DNA from: a virus
Taxonomy: Duplodnaviria; Caudoviricetes
IMG/VR virus record: IMGVR_UViG_3300044648_000205
Location: 1-57,472 of that record
Length of the DNA stretch: 57,472 bases
Strand: one strand, 5' to 3'
In this document: piece by piece, positions 1-8,987 of the stretch
Layout of the letters: each line of letters starts with the position of its first letter
Numbering within the stretch: the first letter of the stretch is position 1
Position numbers and translations under genes: made by a program
Notes under the pieces: generated by a model
The model's input: the letters and a program-made list of their open reading frames with translations, nothing else
Databases searched by the model: none
What the model was told of the DNA's origin: nothing

Positions 1-218
1 AGCGTGCAAGCCGTGCGTAACGCCACCACCGAACAGGTAGACGCCGTCACGCTGACACGTATATCCGGCGGCCGAGCCAGCATGTCCCGCGAAGTTGTCG
101 AGGTCTTCGCTACCGAAGGTGAGGGCCGTAAAGGCGGCGTTCGGGATGGACTGGGCGACGGTCTGCCGCATGTGCAGGTAAGGCGGGTTGGGGGCGCTCC
201 ACCAGTTGGTGCCATTCC
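1..218 (+). repeat. Terminal direct repeat, copy 1 (assembly overlap of a circular or circularly permuted genome)
   Basis: Identical to 57255-57472 except G91 versus A57345. Confidence 0.95.
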
Positions 219-840
219 AGACCTGCAGTAGGCCGTACTGATCGGTTCGCAGGATCGGGTAGCCGTAGTAGGGCGTGCCGAGCGACGTGCGCTCGGTGTC
301 GGTGCCGACCTGCAGCAGGCCGCCCTCTGAGACAGTGCGGCTGATCATGCCCTGCAGCACCGGCGAGGTCGCACCGGCCGACACGACACCACGCGCCACC
401 GGCAGGAAGGACGGCGGCAGGGCAGGGTCGGTGGGGGCGCCCGCGCTGTTGGTCCCCTGGATAACCGCGACAGTGACCTGGTTGAACCCGGACGCATCGT
501 AGAAGTTGTCCCGCACGTAGAAGCCGATGATGTCGTTCCGGTTCAGCGTGGGGCTCGAGCCGGCCAGGGTGACCTGGGTTGCGGTGGGGTTGGCCACCGC
601 GTACTCGCCACCGCCGGACACGAAGCCGTTGGCGACGAGGCCGGCGCACGGGCCGATGGCCACGTCCATGCCGCTGACGACCGCGTACGTGGGCAGCTTC
701 GCCGGCCAGAATCCGGGCTTCGCGGAGATGGTGGACGACGGGAAGGAGCGCAGCGTGGGCGCCGTGTTCAGGTAGACGCGGTCCAGGAGCGCCGAGTAGA
801 CGCCAGCCTGCAGGTAGCCGGGCGGGCTCAGGACAGCCAC
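1..840 (-). CDS. Minor tail / putative receptor-binding protein, 5' part (continues across the junction to 57015; about 359 aa in total)
   Basis: GTG at 840 after GAGGAG; frame MAVLSPPGYLQAG...NRNDIIGFYVRD...WNGTNWW...HMRQTVAQS stays open to base 1 and joins the 57015..57425 frame; lies directly downstream of Dit. Confidence 0.85.
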   Translation of the reverse strand, partial: MAVLSPPGYLQAGVYSALLDRVYLNTAPTLRSFPSSTISAKPGFWPAKLPTYAVVSGMDVAIGPCAGLVANGFVSGGGEYAVANPTATQVTLAGSSPTLNRNDIIGFYVRDNFYDASGFNQVTVAVIQGTNSAGAPTDPALPPSFLPVARGVVSAGATSPVLQGMISRTVSEGGLLQVGTDTERTSLGTPYYGYPILRTDQYGLLQVWNGTNWWSAPNPPYLHMRQTVAQSIPNAAFTALTFGSEDLDNFAGHAGSAAGYTCQRDGVYLFGGGVTHGLHA

Positions 841-850
841 GGGGTACTCC

Positions 851-1792
851 TCATGTTGATGTTGACCGCCACTCGAACCGCAGTAGCGCCTCGGGGTAGT
901 AGGCGCCGGACAGTGAGCGCCATCGTATCGTGTTGGCCCCAGGTGCCAGGGGGAATGGGCGCCCGACAAGCCGAATGGAACTCGGCGTGACCGCGCCCGT
1001 GCGCGAGTCGATCGTCACCACCTGGCCCGTCAGCAGGTGCGCGTTGATGGCGAACTCCTGGCCGGTGGTGGCGTTCGTGATGATCGGGTAGTCCACCTCA
1101 CCGGTCACGATGACCACCGGCCAGGTGGACAGGTCGCCCGCGTTGAAGCACTGCATCTCACCACCGATGCCCGACGCGGCACCGTAGGTGTAGTCATAGG
1201 TCTTGTCATAGGTGCGGCCCTGGATCAGGCCCGGGTCGAGCAGGCCCACCTCGTTCGACTCAGGGTCACCGGACTGGTACTTCCACGGCGGGTTCGCGGC
1301 CACCAGCGTGAACTGGATGACGCACGCGACACCACCCAGGGCGTATCCGGGTCGCACGGCGAACCGCAGCTTGCCCTGTGGCCGGGTCACGAGTGCCAGT
1401 CGCCGGGCGGTGCCGTGGTCGTGCTGCTCCCAGATGACCGGCTGACGCGGCCCAGGCAGCCCCTGCGGGCCGAAGATGCGCCGGATGGCCGCCAGGTGCT
1501 GGCGCAGGATCTGTGCCGTGGGCGACACGATGAGCGCTTCGCACTCCAGTTGACGGGGGGCGACCGACTGCGGTCCAGTCAGGCCGCCGTCACGGCCACC
1601 CACCTGATCAATGGGGGTGATGTAGTCGAGCGACTCCCAGCCCTCGGGTTCGGCCACAGCGGTGTATGTGCCGTCCTCGTGCTGGGTGTTCCACCAGTAG
1701 TCCACGCCGCTCTCGGTGAACAGCGGACCCATGCGGTACTGGCCTTCGATGTCCGGGACGGGGAAGGAGGCCACCGGGTTGGGCGCAGTCAT
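851..1792 (-). CDS. Distal tail protein (Dit-like)
   Basis: Directly after tape measure; EGWES...GGRDGG, NAGDLSTWPVVIVTG and LAPGANTIRW motifs typical of siphophage Dit. Confidence 0.8.
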   Translation of the reverse strand: MTAPNPVASFPVPDIEGQYRMGPLFTESGVDYWWNTQHEDGTYTAVAEPEGWESLDYITPIDQVGGRDGGLTGPQSVAPRQLECEALIVSPTAQILRQHLAAIRRIFGPQGLPGPRQPVIWEQHDHGTARRLALVTRPQGKLRFAVRPGYALGGVACVIQFTLVAANPPWKYQSGDPESNEVGLLDPGLIQGRTYDKTYDYTYGAASGIGGEMQCFNAGDLSTWPVVIVTGEVDYPIITNATTGQEFAINAHLLTGQVVTIDSRTGAVTPSSIRLVGRPFPLAPGANTIRWRSLSGAYYPEALLRFEWRSTST

Positions 1793-1796
1793 GGGG

Positions 1797-4406
1797 TCAC
1801 GCCCCACTCACGCCGAAGACGGAGCCGTCGCCGGCCATGCCCCGCTGGGTGGAGCCGGGCGAGACACCAAGCGTGGAGCCTGCGCTGGCCAGGCTGCGGG
1901 CACCGTTGCGGTAGACCTCGCTCGCGAACTGCTGCACGTCGGCTCCCGGCTGCATGATGTTGGTCTGCTGAAGGATGACACCGGCGGCCAGCCCGGCGGC
2001 TGCGCCGGCGGCGGCGACAGGTCCGCCAGGGTTGCCCAGCTGCATGTCGGGAGTCAGGTCGATGCCACCGGCACCGTTGACCACGGCGGCGGCCATGCCC
2101 TCGGCGGCGGCCGTCGCCTTCGGAACCATGTCCTTCAGGCCGAGCACGAGCCCCTCGCCGGACCACACGCCGATCTGACGGAACACCTTCGAGGGGCTGC
2201 CGATGCCCAAGAAGCCCAGGACGGAGTCGACGGCGTCACCGATCAGACCCTTGAACCAGTCAATGACCGCGCCCGCCATGGATGCCAGGCCGTCGATGAG
2301 ACCCCGGATCATGTTCACGCCGGCATTGAAGAGACTCGTGGCCAGGCTGGCGATAGCGTTCAGGATCTTGCCGGGCAGCTCGCCGAAGAATCGGGCAACC
2401 GCTGAGATACCGCTCGATACGGCATTTCCGATACTCGACATGGCGCTAGAAATTGCGTTAAAAATGCCCTGCCAGGCGGACCGAATGGCGTTTCCGATGC
2501 CATTCACAATGCCGGTGATCGTGTTAAAAATTCCGGCCCACACGGTCGAGATTACGCCAGCGACGGCGTTAATGACGACCGTTATAACGCTCAGAATCGC
2601 AGAGAACGCAGCGCCGATAAACGCTACAATCTGCGCCACAACGCTGATGATCAAGTTCAGTGGAGGGATCAGGATATTCAGGATCGTGGTCGCTACGGCG
2701 ATAATCGGCGGCAGCAGCGCAGCGAGCACGCCGGCCACCGCCTGGATGATCGGCATCAGGGCCGTGATCAGGCTAATGAGGGGCGGCAGCAGCGCGGCCA
2801 CCAGCTGGATGAGCGGCGGCACGAGCGGCAGCAGCGCCGCGACCAGCTGCAGGAAGATGGGGATGAGCGGCACGGCGGCGCGCACCAGCTGGGCGACCGC
2901 CACGGCGATCTGCTCGAGCACCGGCTGGATCACCGGTAGGACGGCGGCCAGGCTGTTCTCGAGGACACTGGCCACCTCCTGCAGGACCGGGGCGAGCGCT
3001 TCGAACACGGCGCCGAGCGCGCCGCCCACGATGCCGGCGATCTGCCCGAGGATGGGCAGCAGCGGGGCGGCGGCCTGCAGGAAAGTGGCGACGCCAGCGG
3101 CCAGAGCGGCGATACCGGGAGCAGCGGCCTGGAAGGCCGCGCCGATGCCCTGCACGATGGGCAGCAGGGCCGGGCCGATGGTGCTGGCCAGGTTCGCCAG
3201 GATGGGCGCCAGGGTGGCACCGATGACGCTGGCCACCTCGGCGAACACGGGCATAATCGCGGTGATGATCTCCCGCATGGAGGAGAAGAACCCCACCAGG
3301 GCGTCCTGGCCCTTGGCGCTGGTGGTGAACTCGCGGAACGCGGTAGCGATGTTCTGCAGGTTGACCAGGAATCCACCACCGGCGGTCTGCGCGGCCTGGA
3401 AAATGCCAGCGAACCCGGCACCAAAGTCGGCCAGCGCACTGAACAGCTGCTTGACCGTTTCGATGGCCTGCTTAAAGAAGTCCTGCAGCTTGCCCGAGTC
3501 GGCCGCCTGGCGGATGAACTCACCGAACCGGGTGGATACGGCGGTGATCTGCTCGGCCATGGCGGGCAGGAACGACGAGCCGGTGTTGGTGATATCAAGC
3601 AGGGCGGATAGGGCGGGCTTGAACGCTGGCGCCAGGCTCGCCACGGTGCTCTGCAGGTTGCCGAACAGGCTATCGACGCGACCCACCGTGTCACCCGACT
3701 GAGCGAAGGCCACTGCCTCCTGGGCGGCCCCGTTAAGCGATCCGGCGATGCTCTCGAACATGCGGCTGGCGAGCGGCAGATACGTATCCGCCAGCCCCTG
3801 CACGCTGCCCGACAGGCCCTCGAAGAGGCGCTGCTGTACCCCCAGCTTCATGTCGTTGAAGGCGGGGGCGACCTCCCGCAGGGCGCGCATGAACGCCTGC
3901 GCGTTGGGCGCCAACTTCTCGATGGAGGCGTTGAAGGTCGCGGTGTCTTCGCCGAGCGCGCCCATGGCGTCGGAGACCCCGGACAGACCGATCTTCAGAG
4001 TTGCGGATATGGCTGCGCCAGCGGCCAGGGCGGCAGGGAGCAGACCGGCCACCCCGGCGGCCTGCCCGAGGACGCCGACCAGCCCCACCATGCCGGTGAA
4101 CAAGGCGGACACGCCAGCCAGCGCGACCCCGGCGGCGGTGCCAATCAGCGCCAGGCGCAGCCCGGAAGTGACCATCGAGGCGAAACCACGCGCCGCGCCG
4201 CCCACCACCGACTGCAGCTGACCGAGGACGCGACGCACGTGCTTCGAGGTGTTGTCGGCGTCGTCGCGCACAGCCCGCGTGGGCTCAGCGCTGATGCTGC
4301 GGGTGGCCTCCCGCAGGGCAGCGGTCAGGGTGCCGGTGATCTCGGCGGCGAGCCCACGCGCGTCGGTGCGCAGCCGGATGGCCGCCGTCCCGATCACCTT
4401 CGCCAT
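1797..4406 (-). CDS. Tape measure protein
   Basis: 869 aa, Ala/Leu/Gly-rich helical repeats, C-terminal LGIGSPSKVF motif, follows the chaperones. Confidence 0.95.
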   Translation of the reverse strand: MAKVIGTAAIRLRTDARGLAAEITGTLTAALREATRSISAEPTRAVRDDADNTSKHVRRVLGQLQSVVGGAARGFASMVTSGLRLALIGTAAGVALAGVSALFTGMVGLVGVLGQAAGVAGLLPAALAAGAAISATLKIGLSGVSDAMGALGEDTATFNASIEKLAPNAQAFMRALREVAPAFNDMKLGVQQRLFEGLSGSVQGLADTYLPLASRMFESIAGSLNGAAQEAVAFAQSGDTVGRVDSLFGNLQSTVASLAPAFKPALSALLDITNTGSSFLPAMAEQITAVSTRFGEFIRQAADSGKLQDFFKQAIETVKQLFSALADFGAGFAGIFQAAQTAGGGFLVNLQNIATAFREFTTSAKGQDALVGFFSSMREIITAIMPVFAEVASVIGATLAPILANLASTIGPALLPIVQGIGAAFQAAAPGIAALAAGVATFLQAAAPLLPILGQIAGIVGGALGAVFEALAPVLQEVASVLENSLAAVLPVIQPVLEQIAVAVAQLVRAAVPLIPIFLQLVAALLPLVPPLIQLVAALLPPLISLITALMPIIQAVAGVLAALLPPIIAVATTILNILIPPLNLIISVVAQIVAFIGAAFSAILSVITVVINAVAGVISTVWAGIFNTITGIVNGIGNAIRSAWQGIFNAISSAMSSIGNAVSSGISAVARFFGELPGKILNAIASLATSLFNAGVNMIRGLIDGLASMAGAVIDWFKGLIGDAVDSVLGFLGIGSPSKVFRQIGVWSGEGLVLGLKDMVPKATAAAEGMAAAVVNGAGGIDLTPDMQLGNPGGPVAAAGAAAGLAAGVILQQTNIMQPGADVQQFASEVYRNGARSLASAGSTLGVSPGSTQRGMAGDGSVFGVSGA

Positions 4407-4412
4407 GCGCCC

Positions 4413-4817
4413 CTACTTCCGCAACCGTCGCCCCTGGGTGGCCACCCAACGGTCGATCTCCGTCTGGCTGGACGACGCCGGCCCGACCGTGGGCGCCGCG
4501 CCCTGCGCGCCCTTGCCGAGCTTCCCGGCCATCGCCTGATGTTCCGGTCGAAGACCCCACGTCTCGCGGGCCTCTTCCGGTCGCAGGCGGGCGATCTGCC
4601 GGACCATCGTCGCCTGAGCCTTCTCGAGCATCTCGTGCGGCGCGTCGATCCACACCGCGTACACAGCATCAAGCCAGACGCCCAGGTCGGCGGACAAGTC
4701 GAGGCCCGCAAGTGCGAGCTTTCCGCGCACATAGGCGCCAGCGGATGGAGACTCCGTCACCCCGAAGATCAGGACGACGGCGGCGTAGGGCGCCCCGCAG
4801 CCAGACCCACCAACCAC
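4413..4817 (-). CDS. Tail assembly chaperone, frameshifted C-terminal (T) segment
   Basis: Overlaps the end of the upstream chaperone in the -1 frame, has no clear RBS/start of its own, precedes tape measure. Confidence 0.65.
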   Translation of the reverse strand: MVGGSGCGAPYAAVVLIFGVTESPSAGAYVRGKLALAGLDLSADLGVWLDAVYAVWIDAPHEMLEKAQATMVRQIARLRPEEARETWGLRPEHQAMAGKLGKGAQGAAPTVGPASSSQTEIDRWVATQGRRLRK

Positions 4818-5359
4818 TCGAAGAGCTTGCCGAGCGCTTCGCCGTCCACCTCGGCGTCGTCGTCTTCCTCCATGAGTGCGCGCCAGCGACGGCGACTCGA
4901 TCCGGCCTCGGGCTTCAGGAACCGCTCGGCCTCGGCGAGCGGGTACAGCTGGCCGTCCGGCCCCCGGAACTTGCGGATGATCTCGCCGTTCTCGTCGCGC
5001 TCGAGCGAGTCATCAAGTTCGTCGGCCTCGAGCGCGGCCAACTCGTCGGCGTCGATCGGGTCCATCTCGTCCAGCTCGGCCTGGCGCTCCGCCGGAAGGG
5101 GAAGCACCTTCGGCTCCCAGTCGCTCGGGGTGCCGTCCTTGTTGTCGAGCATCTTGCCGATCAGCCGCAGCATCCCCGTCAGCGCCCGCTCGGGGTGCTT
5201 CTGGGTAGAGCTGAGCGTGTAGGCCAGGCTCGCCGTGTCGGTGACCGCGCGGGCCTGGAAGCGGTGAACCTCGGGCGCTTCGTTGCGCATCACGGTGAAC
5301 TCGAAGGGGATGCGTTCGATGGGCTTGGAGCGACTTCGGGGGGCGAACGACTTCATCAT
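4769..5359 (-). CDS. Tail assembly chaperone (G)
   Basis: Acidic 196 aa ORF ending GRPTPPSS, two positions upstream of tape measure. Confidence 0.75.
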   Translation of the reverse strand: MMKSFAPRSRSKPIERIPFEFTVMRNEAPEVHRFQARAVTDTASLAYTLSSTQKHPERALTGMLRLIGKMLDNKDGTPSDWEPKVLPLPAERQAELDEMDPIDADELAALEADELDDSLERDENGEIIRKFRGPDGQLYPLAEAERFLKPEAGSSRRRWRALMEEDDDAEVDGEALGKLFEWLVGLAAGRPTPPSS

Positions 5360-5386
5360 GATCTCCTGTGGTCCGATCGGGATGGG

Positions 5387-5803
5387 TTACTTCGATGCGT
5401 AGGGCAGTGCTCGGGTGAGGAACTCGGTGCCCTGGGTGCCGGGATGCCAGACGGACCGGCGGAACACGACTCGCCCACCGACGACGAACCGCAGGGACTT
5501 GCGGCGGCGAGCGGTGATCCGGTGAGCCGGTGAGCCGTCGTGTTCGATCATGGTGTAGCGCAACCGGTTCTGGCCGGCGAGCACGTCCACGTAGGCGAAG
5601 CTCTTGCGGAAGCCCACCTTCTTCCGGATGGTCGACAGCAGCGTGCCGGTACGCACGCGGACACGCCGGCGTGCCTCCCACTGGACGCGGGTCATGCGCC
5701 GCTCGAGGTCGCGCACGACCGGGCCGTTCGGGTCGGTCACGTACAGGTCCGGCTCCCCGGGGTACAGGGTGACCTTCACCTTCGTGGCATCGAATCGGAA
5801 CAC
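5387..5803 (-). CDS. HK97 gp10-like tail completion / neck protein
   Basis: Basic; VRTGTLLSTI and HPGTQGTEFLTRAL motifs; position in tail module. Confidence 0.7.
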   Translation of the reverse strand: MFRFDATKVKVTLYPGEPDLYVTDPNGPVVRDLERRMTRVQWEARRRVRVRTGTLLSTIRKKVGFRKSFAYVDVLAGQNRLRYTMIEHDGSPAHRITARRRKSLRFVVGGRVVFRRSVWHPGTQGTEFLTRALPYASK

Positions 5804-5805
5804 GA

Positions 5806-6336
5806 CTACTCCAGGTGTCCGACCGTGATGGACAGGACCGCTTCGAGTCCGTGGTGGGTGGCGTTCGGCCCGATGGGTTCAACGATGCCGGCTTCGATGC
5901 TGGCCACCCGGTTCAGGCGCTGCTCGGCCTTCGAGACGTAGGTGACGATGGCCTGAGACAGCAGTCCGGCGTCCCGCATGAACAGGCGGCCGGCGGCGTC
6001 CAGCTCGGCGGCGTCGGGCGGGTCGCCCTCCTCGTCGGGCGTCGGAGTGCAGCGCACGAGAGTGACGGCCAGCACCACGTGGCGCACGCTCATGGTGCTG
6101 GCCGGCGAGCCGGTGCGCGGGGAGTTGGCGGCGGCGCTGGTGGCCGGACCCCAGCCGATGCCCTGCAGGGAGACGGTGAGCTGCTCGCAGTCCCACGCGA
6201 ACGAGCGGGGATCGCCGGCCACCACGCACTGCCGCTCGGGAAGCTCCCGGCCAGCAGCCGCGAAATGGTCGGTGACCGCGTCGAGCAGGAACACGGCCTC
6301 GTCGGTGATGGCGAGGCCCTTGCCCAGGCTGGTCAC
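5806..6336 (-). CDS. Putative tail terminator
   Basis: 176 aa, WDCEQLTV and LVRC motifs; synteny with cluster-B-like phages. Confidence 0.55.
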   Translation of the reverse strand: MTSLGKGLAITDEAVFLLDAVTDHFAAAGRELPERQCVVAGDPRSFAWDCEQLTVSLQGIGWGPATSAAANSPRTGSPASTMSVRHVVLAVTLVRCTPTPDEEGDPPDAAELDAAGRLFMRDAGLLSQAIVTYVSKAEQRLNRVASIEAGIVEPIGPNATHHGLEAVLSITVGHLE

Positions 6337-6920
6337 TTGCTGCCCTTCACCGCGTCCAGGGCGGCCAGGGCGGCATCCATGTCGTCCTCGGTCTCGGACT
6401 GGTCCTCCGTGTCGTCCTTGGCGGCGTCAGCCTCCCGTAGGCGGGCGACCAGCTCGGCCTTCACCCCGGAGTGCGGCAGCTCGCGACCCTTCAGGATCTC
6501 GGTCAGCTCGGCCACGGTGCGGCTCTCGTAGTCATCGGCCGAGTCGGCGGTGACCTCTTCGCCGGCCACGTTCTCGAGGTCCACCGGCTCCCAGCTGGCC
6601 TGAGTGCCGTCCTCGGACACCTGCAGCTGGTGGGCGACGCTGTGCCAGTCGAGGATGATCGGCGCGGCCACATCCGGGTTGGAGGCGCGGTCGGTCAGGT
6701 AGTCCACGAGGATGTCGCGCCGGAACCCCAGGTGATCCAGCTGGACATCCTCGGGCGGGACCTCGTCGTGCTCGCGCTCGCTCCTCGTCATGTGGGTGGC
6801 GCGCAACTCTTCCCACTCCTCGGCGGTCGGCTGCCACGTCGCGTCGGGGGTCTCATCCTGGCTGGCCACGTTGGACGGGTGGAACGGCGAGTCGCCGGGG
6901 GCCTTCGGGTCTACGTGCAT
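6333..6920 (-). CDS. Acidic protein with C-terminal SAP domain
   Basis: YESRTVAELTEILKGRELPHSGVKAELVARLRE fits the SAP consensus. Confidence 0.7.
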   Translation of the reverse strand: MHVDPKAPGDSPFHPSNVASQDETPDATWQPTAEEWEELRATHMTRSEREHDEVPPEDVQLDHLGFRRDILVDYLTDRASNPDVAAPIILDWHSVAHQLQVSEDGTQASWEPVDLENVAGEEVTADSADDYESRTVAELTEILKGRELPHSGVKAELVARLREADAAKDDTEDQSETEDDMDAALAALDAVKGSK

Positions 6921-6926
6921 CGTTGC

Positions 6927-8537
6927 TCACATCCTGATCGTGGTGGGCAGGTCAGGTGACCATACCCCGGCGGCCTGTGGGGAACGGTCAGGATTGACCG
7001 AGCGCAGCCACATGTCCACCAGGAGCAGGCCAGTACCCCCGTTGTCGAGGAACTCCATGGGATCGATGATCTCCATCGACAGGCCCTGACGGGTGATCGA
7101 CGTGGTGCGCGACGGCAGGCGGCAGCCCTTCAGCTTCCGCCGGTGCTTCAACAGCTCGATGCCCAGTTCCACGGCGGCGTCGCGGCCACCAGCCGGGGGC
7201 GGGGCACCGAAGGTGTAGGTGATCTCGGTGGCGCCGTCGCAGACCTGCCACGGGCGGCCGTCGGTGCGCTCGATCCACCCGGAGGTGAGCAGGCGCCACG
7301 CGGCGAACGGCTCGCCCCCGACCTCGACCGACTCGACGGTGACCACCGGGGAGCGCGGCAGCTTCACGGCGAAGGGGGCGGTCACGTGGTGGCCCGGGTA
7401 GGCGAGGCCAGGGAACAGGCGGCCGTCGATCCGGGTGCCGTAGGACCAACACCGGCAGTTGCGCCAGGAGTCGTGATACGGCCACGTGCCGGTGCCGGGG
7501 GCGGGCGGGGAGGAGCGCAGCGTGGCGACCTCTTCGCATCCGGCCCCGTACCACACGCGACCGGACAGAGCCCACAGCAGTTCGCTGGCGCGCAGCAGCG
7601 CGGCCTCGATCTCGGCGTCGGTAACCGGCGGTACGTGCGCGGCCAGTTCGTCCCGAGTCGCCTGGGGGACATCGCCAAGATCCGCCCATGAAGAGCAGAG
7701 CACATCCGATACGGGTGCCACGGTCGAGCCTCCAGGTCCGGGCGCACCTTCGGCGGTAGCACCCAAGTTCAGCGGGGCCACTTCCCCGGTGGAGGTCGCG
7801 ACCTTGAGGCCGTCAACGGCCGACCCCAGGGTAAGTGCCGATGTCCCCGTGCCGCCGTGAGTTGCGGACCCCGTCGCGCTGGCCCCGAGTGAAAGGCTGG
7901 CCGTGCCGCTGGACAGGGGAGGCCCGCTGTCGGTGCTGGTGGCCGTCGTGCCGGCCGTCAGGTGTAGGCCGTTGCCGGACACGTCGGCCAGGTCGCCACC
8001 GAACATCAGCGGCCAAGCGCCCGCCGATGCGTGGAGCGGAACCGGAGAATCCCACTCCGCCTCGAACTCGGCATCCGTGAGAACAGCCGAGAACAGGCGT
8101 AGGTGTGCGATGTCCAGCGGGTAGGACTCGTCCGGGTCGGCCGGGGATCGCCCCCCTACGGTCAGCATGGTGGGCACAGCGCCGGACGCCGGGCCGGATG
8201 CCTGGCTGATCACCCCGCCCGGGAAGGAGCCGAGCGCCGTGCCGGTGCCGCCGGTGGCGCGCAACCCCACGCGGGACCACTGGCCGGGCACGAGAGTGTG
8301 GCCCGAAGCGATCACCCCGCCCGGCGAGATGTAGGCCAGGGAGGTTCCGGTTGCGGTTGTGCCCAGCGATGCGCTTGTGGATGCTCCCCCGCTGGCGGAC
8401 AGGCGGACCATGGTCCAGAAGTCGTTCGGGTCTACGAGTGGTCGTATCCAGGCGGTCAGGGAGAATCCGACGGCAGGGTCGGGTAGGGCACCGGTCACCG
8501 ATGCCCTGTCGCTCGCGGGATCGAACCGGGCCGACAT
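6927..8537 (-). CDS. Head-to-tail adaptor with N-terminal LamG/ConA-like domain
   Basis: N-term FSLTAWIRP...IAHLRLFSAVLTDAE; C-term ASELLWALSGR...CRLPSRTTSITRQGLS...TGLLLVDMWLRSVNP. Confidence 0.75.
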   Translation of the reverse strand: MSARFDPASDRASVTGALPDPAVGFSLTAWIRPLVDPNDFWTMVRLSASGGASTSASLGTTATGTSLAYISPGGVIASGHTLVPGQWSRVGLRATGGTGTALGSFPGGVISQASGPASGAVPTMLTVGGRSPADPDESYPLDIAHLRLFSAVLTDAEFEAEWDSPVPLHASAGAWPLMFGGDLADVSGNGLHLTAGTTATSTDSGPPLSSGTASLSLGASATGSATHGGTGTSALTLGSAVDGLKVATSTGEVAPLNLGATAEGAPGPGGSTVAPVSDVLCSSWADLGDVPQATRDELAAHVPPVTDAEIEAALLRASELLWALSGRVWYGAGCEEVATLRSSPPAPGTGTWPYHDSWRNCRCWSYGTRIDGRLFPGLAYPGHHVTAPFAVKLPRSPVVTVESVEVGGEPFAAWRLLTSGWIERTDGRPWQVCDGATEITYTFGAPPPAGGRDAAVELGIELLKHRRKLKGCRLPSRTTSITRQGLSMEIIDPMEFLDNGGTGLLLVDMWLRSVNPDRSPQAAGVWSPDLPTTIRM

Positions 8538-8541
8538 GTGG

Positions 8542-8892
8542 TCAGGCCGTCAGGGTTGGAGTGAGCGTGTAAATGCCGGGGGCGCCGTAGGACTCTGGCG
8601 CGTCCAGCGCGCCACCAGTGATGTACGACCCGCCTCCGACGGCTGGACCAGTGGTGTACAGGCCCCAGTGGGTGTAGGGGCCGCCAGCGGGTACTCCGAT
8701 GTCGACGGCACTGCCGGTCATGCTGTCGCCGTCCGGTACCCCCCAGGTGGTTTGGGCTCGTGCCGCACCGGTGCCGGCCATCTCGCTGGCGCCGGTGGTG
8801 CCGGGGTCGGCGGAGTGCAGGGTGAGCCATCGGGCAGCGGTCGTGAACGCGCCAAGTGCCAGGTTCTTACCGTCGGGCGAATAGCCAGCCAT
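8542..8892 (-). CDS. Small virion structural protein
   Basis: ATG after GAGGAG; LHSADPGTTGASE and THWGLY motifs seen in tail/neck accessory proteins. Confidence 0.7.
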   Translation of the reverse strand: MAGYSPDGKNLALGAFTTAARWLTLHSADPGTTGASEMAGTGAARAQTTWGVPDGDSMTGSAVDIGVPAGGPYTHWGLYTTGPAVGGGSYITGGALDAPESYGAPGIYTLTPTLTA

Positions 8893-8987
8893 CGAAATCT
8901 CCTCGTGTGAGAGGCCGCTCCCCGCACAGGCGTAGCGGGGAGCGGCCCACCCATCCACCCGGACCACGGGCGGCCTTGGGTTCCCGG

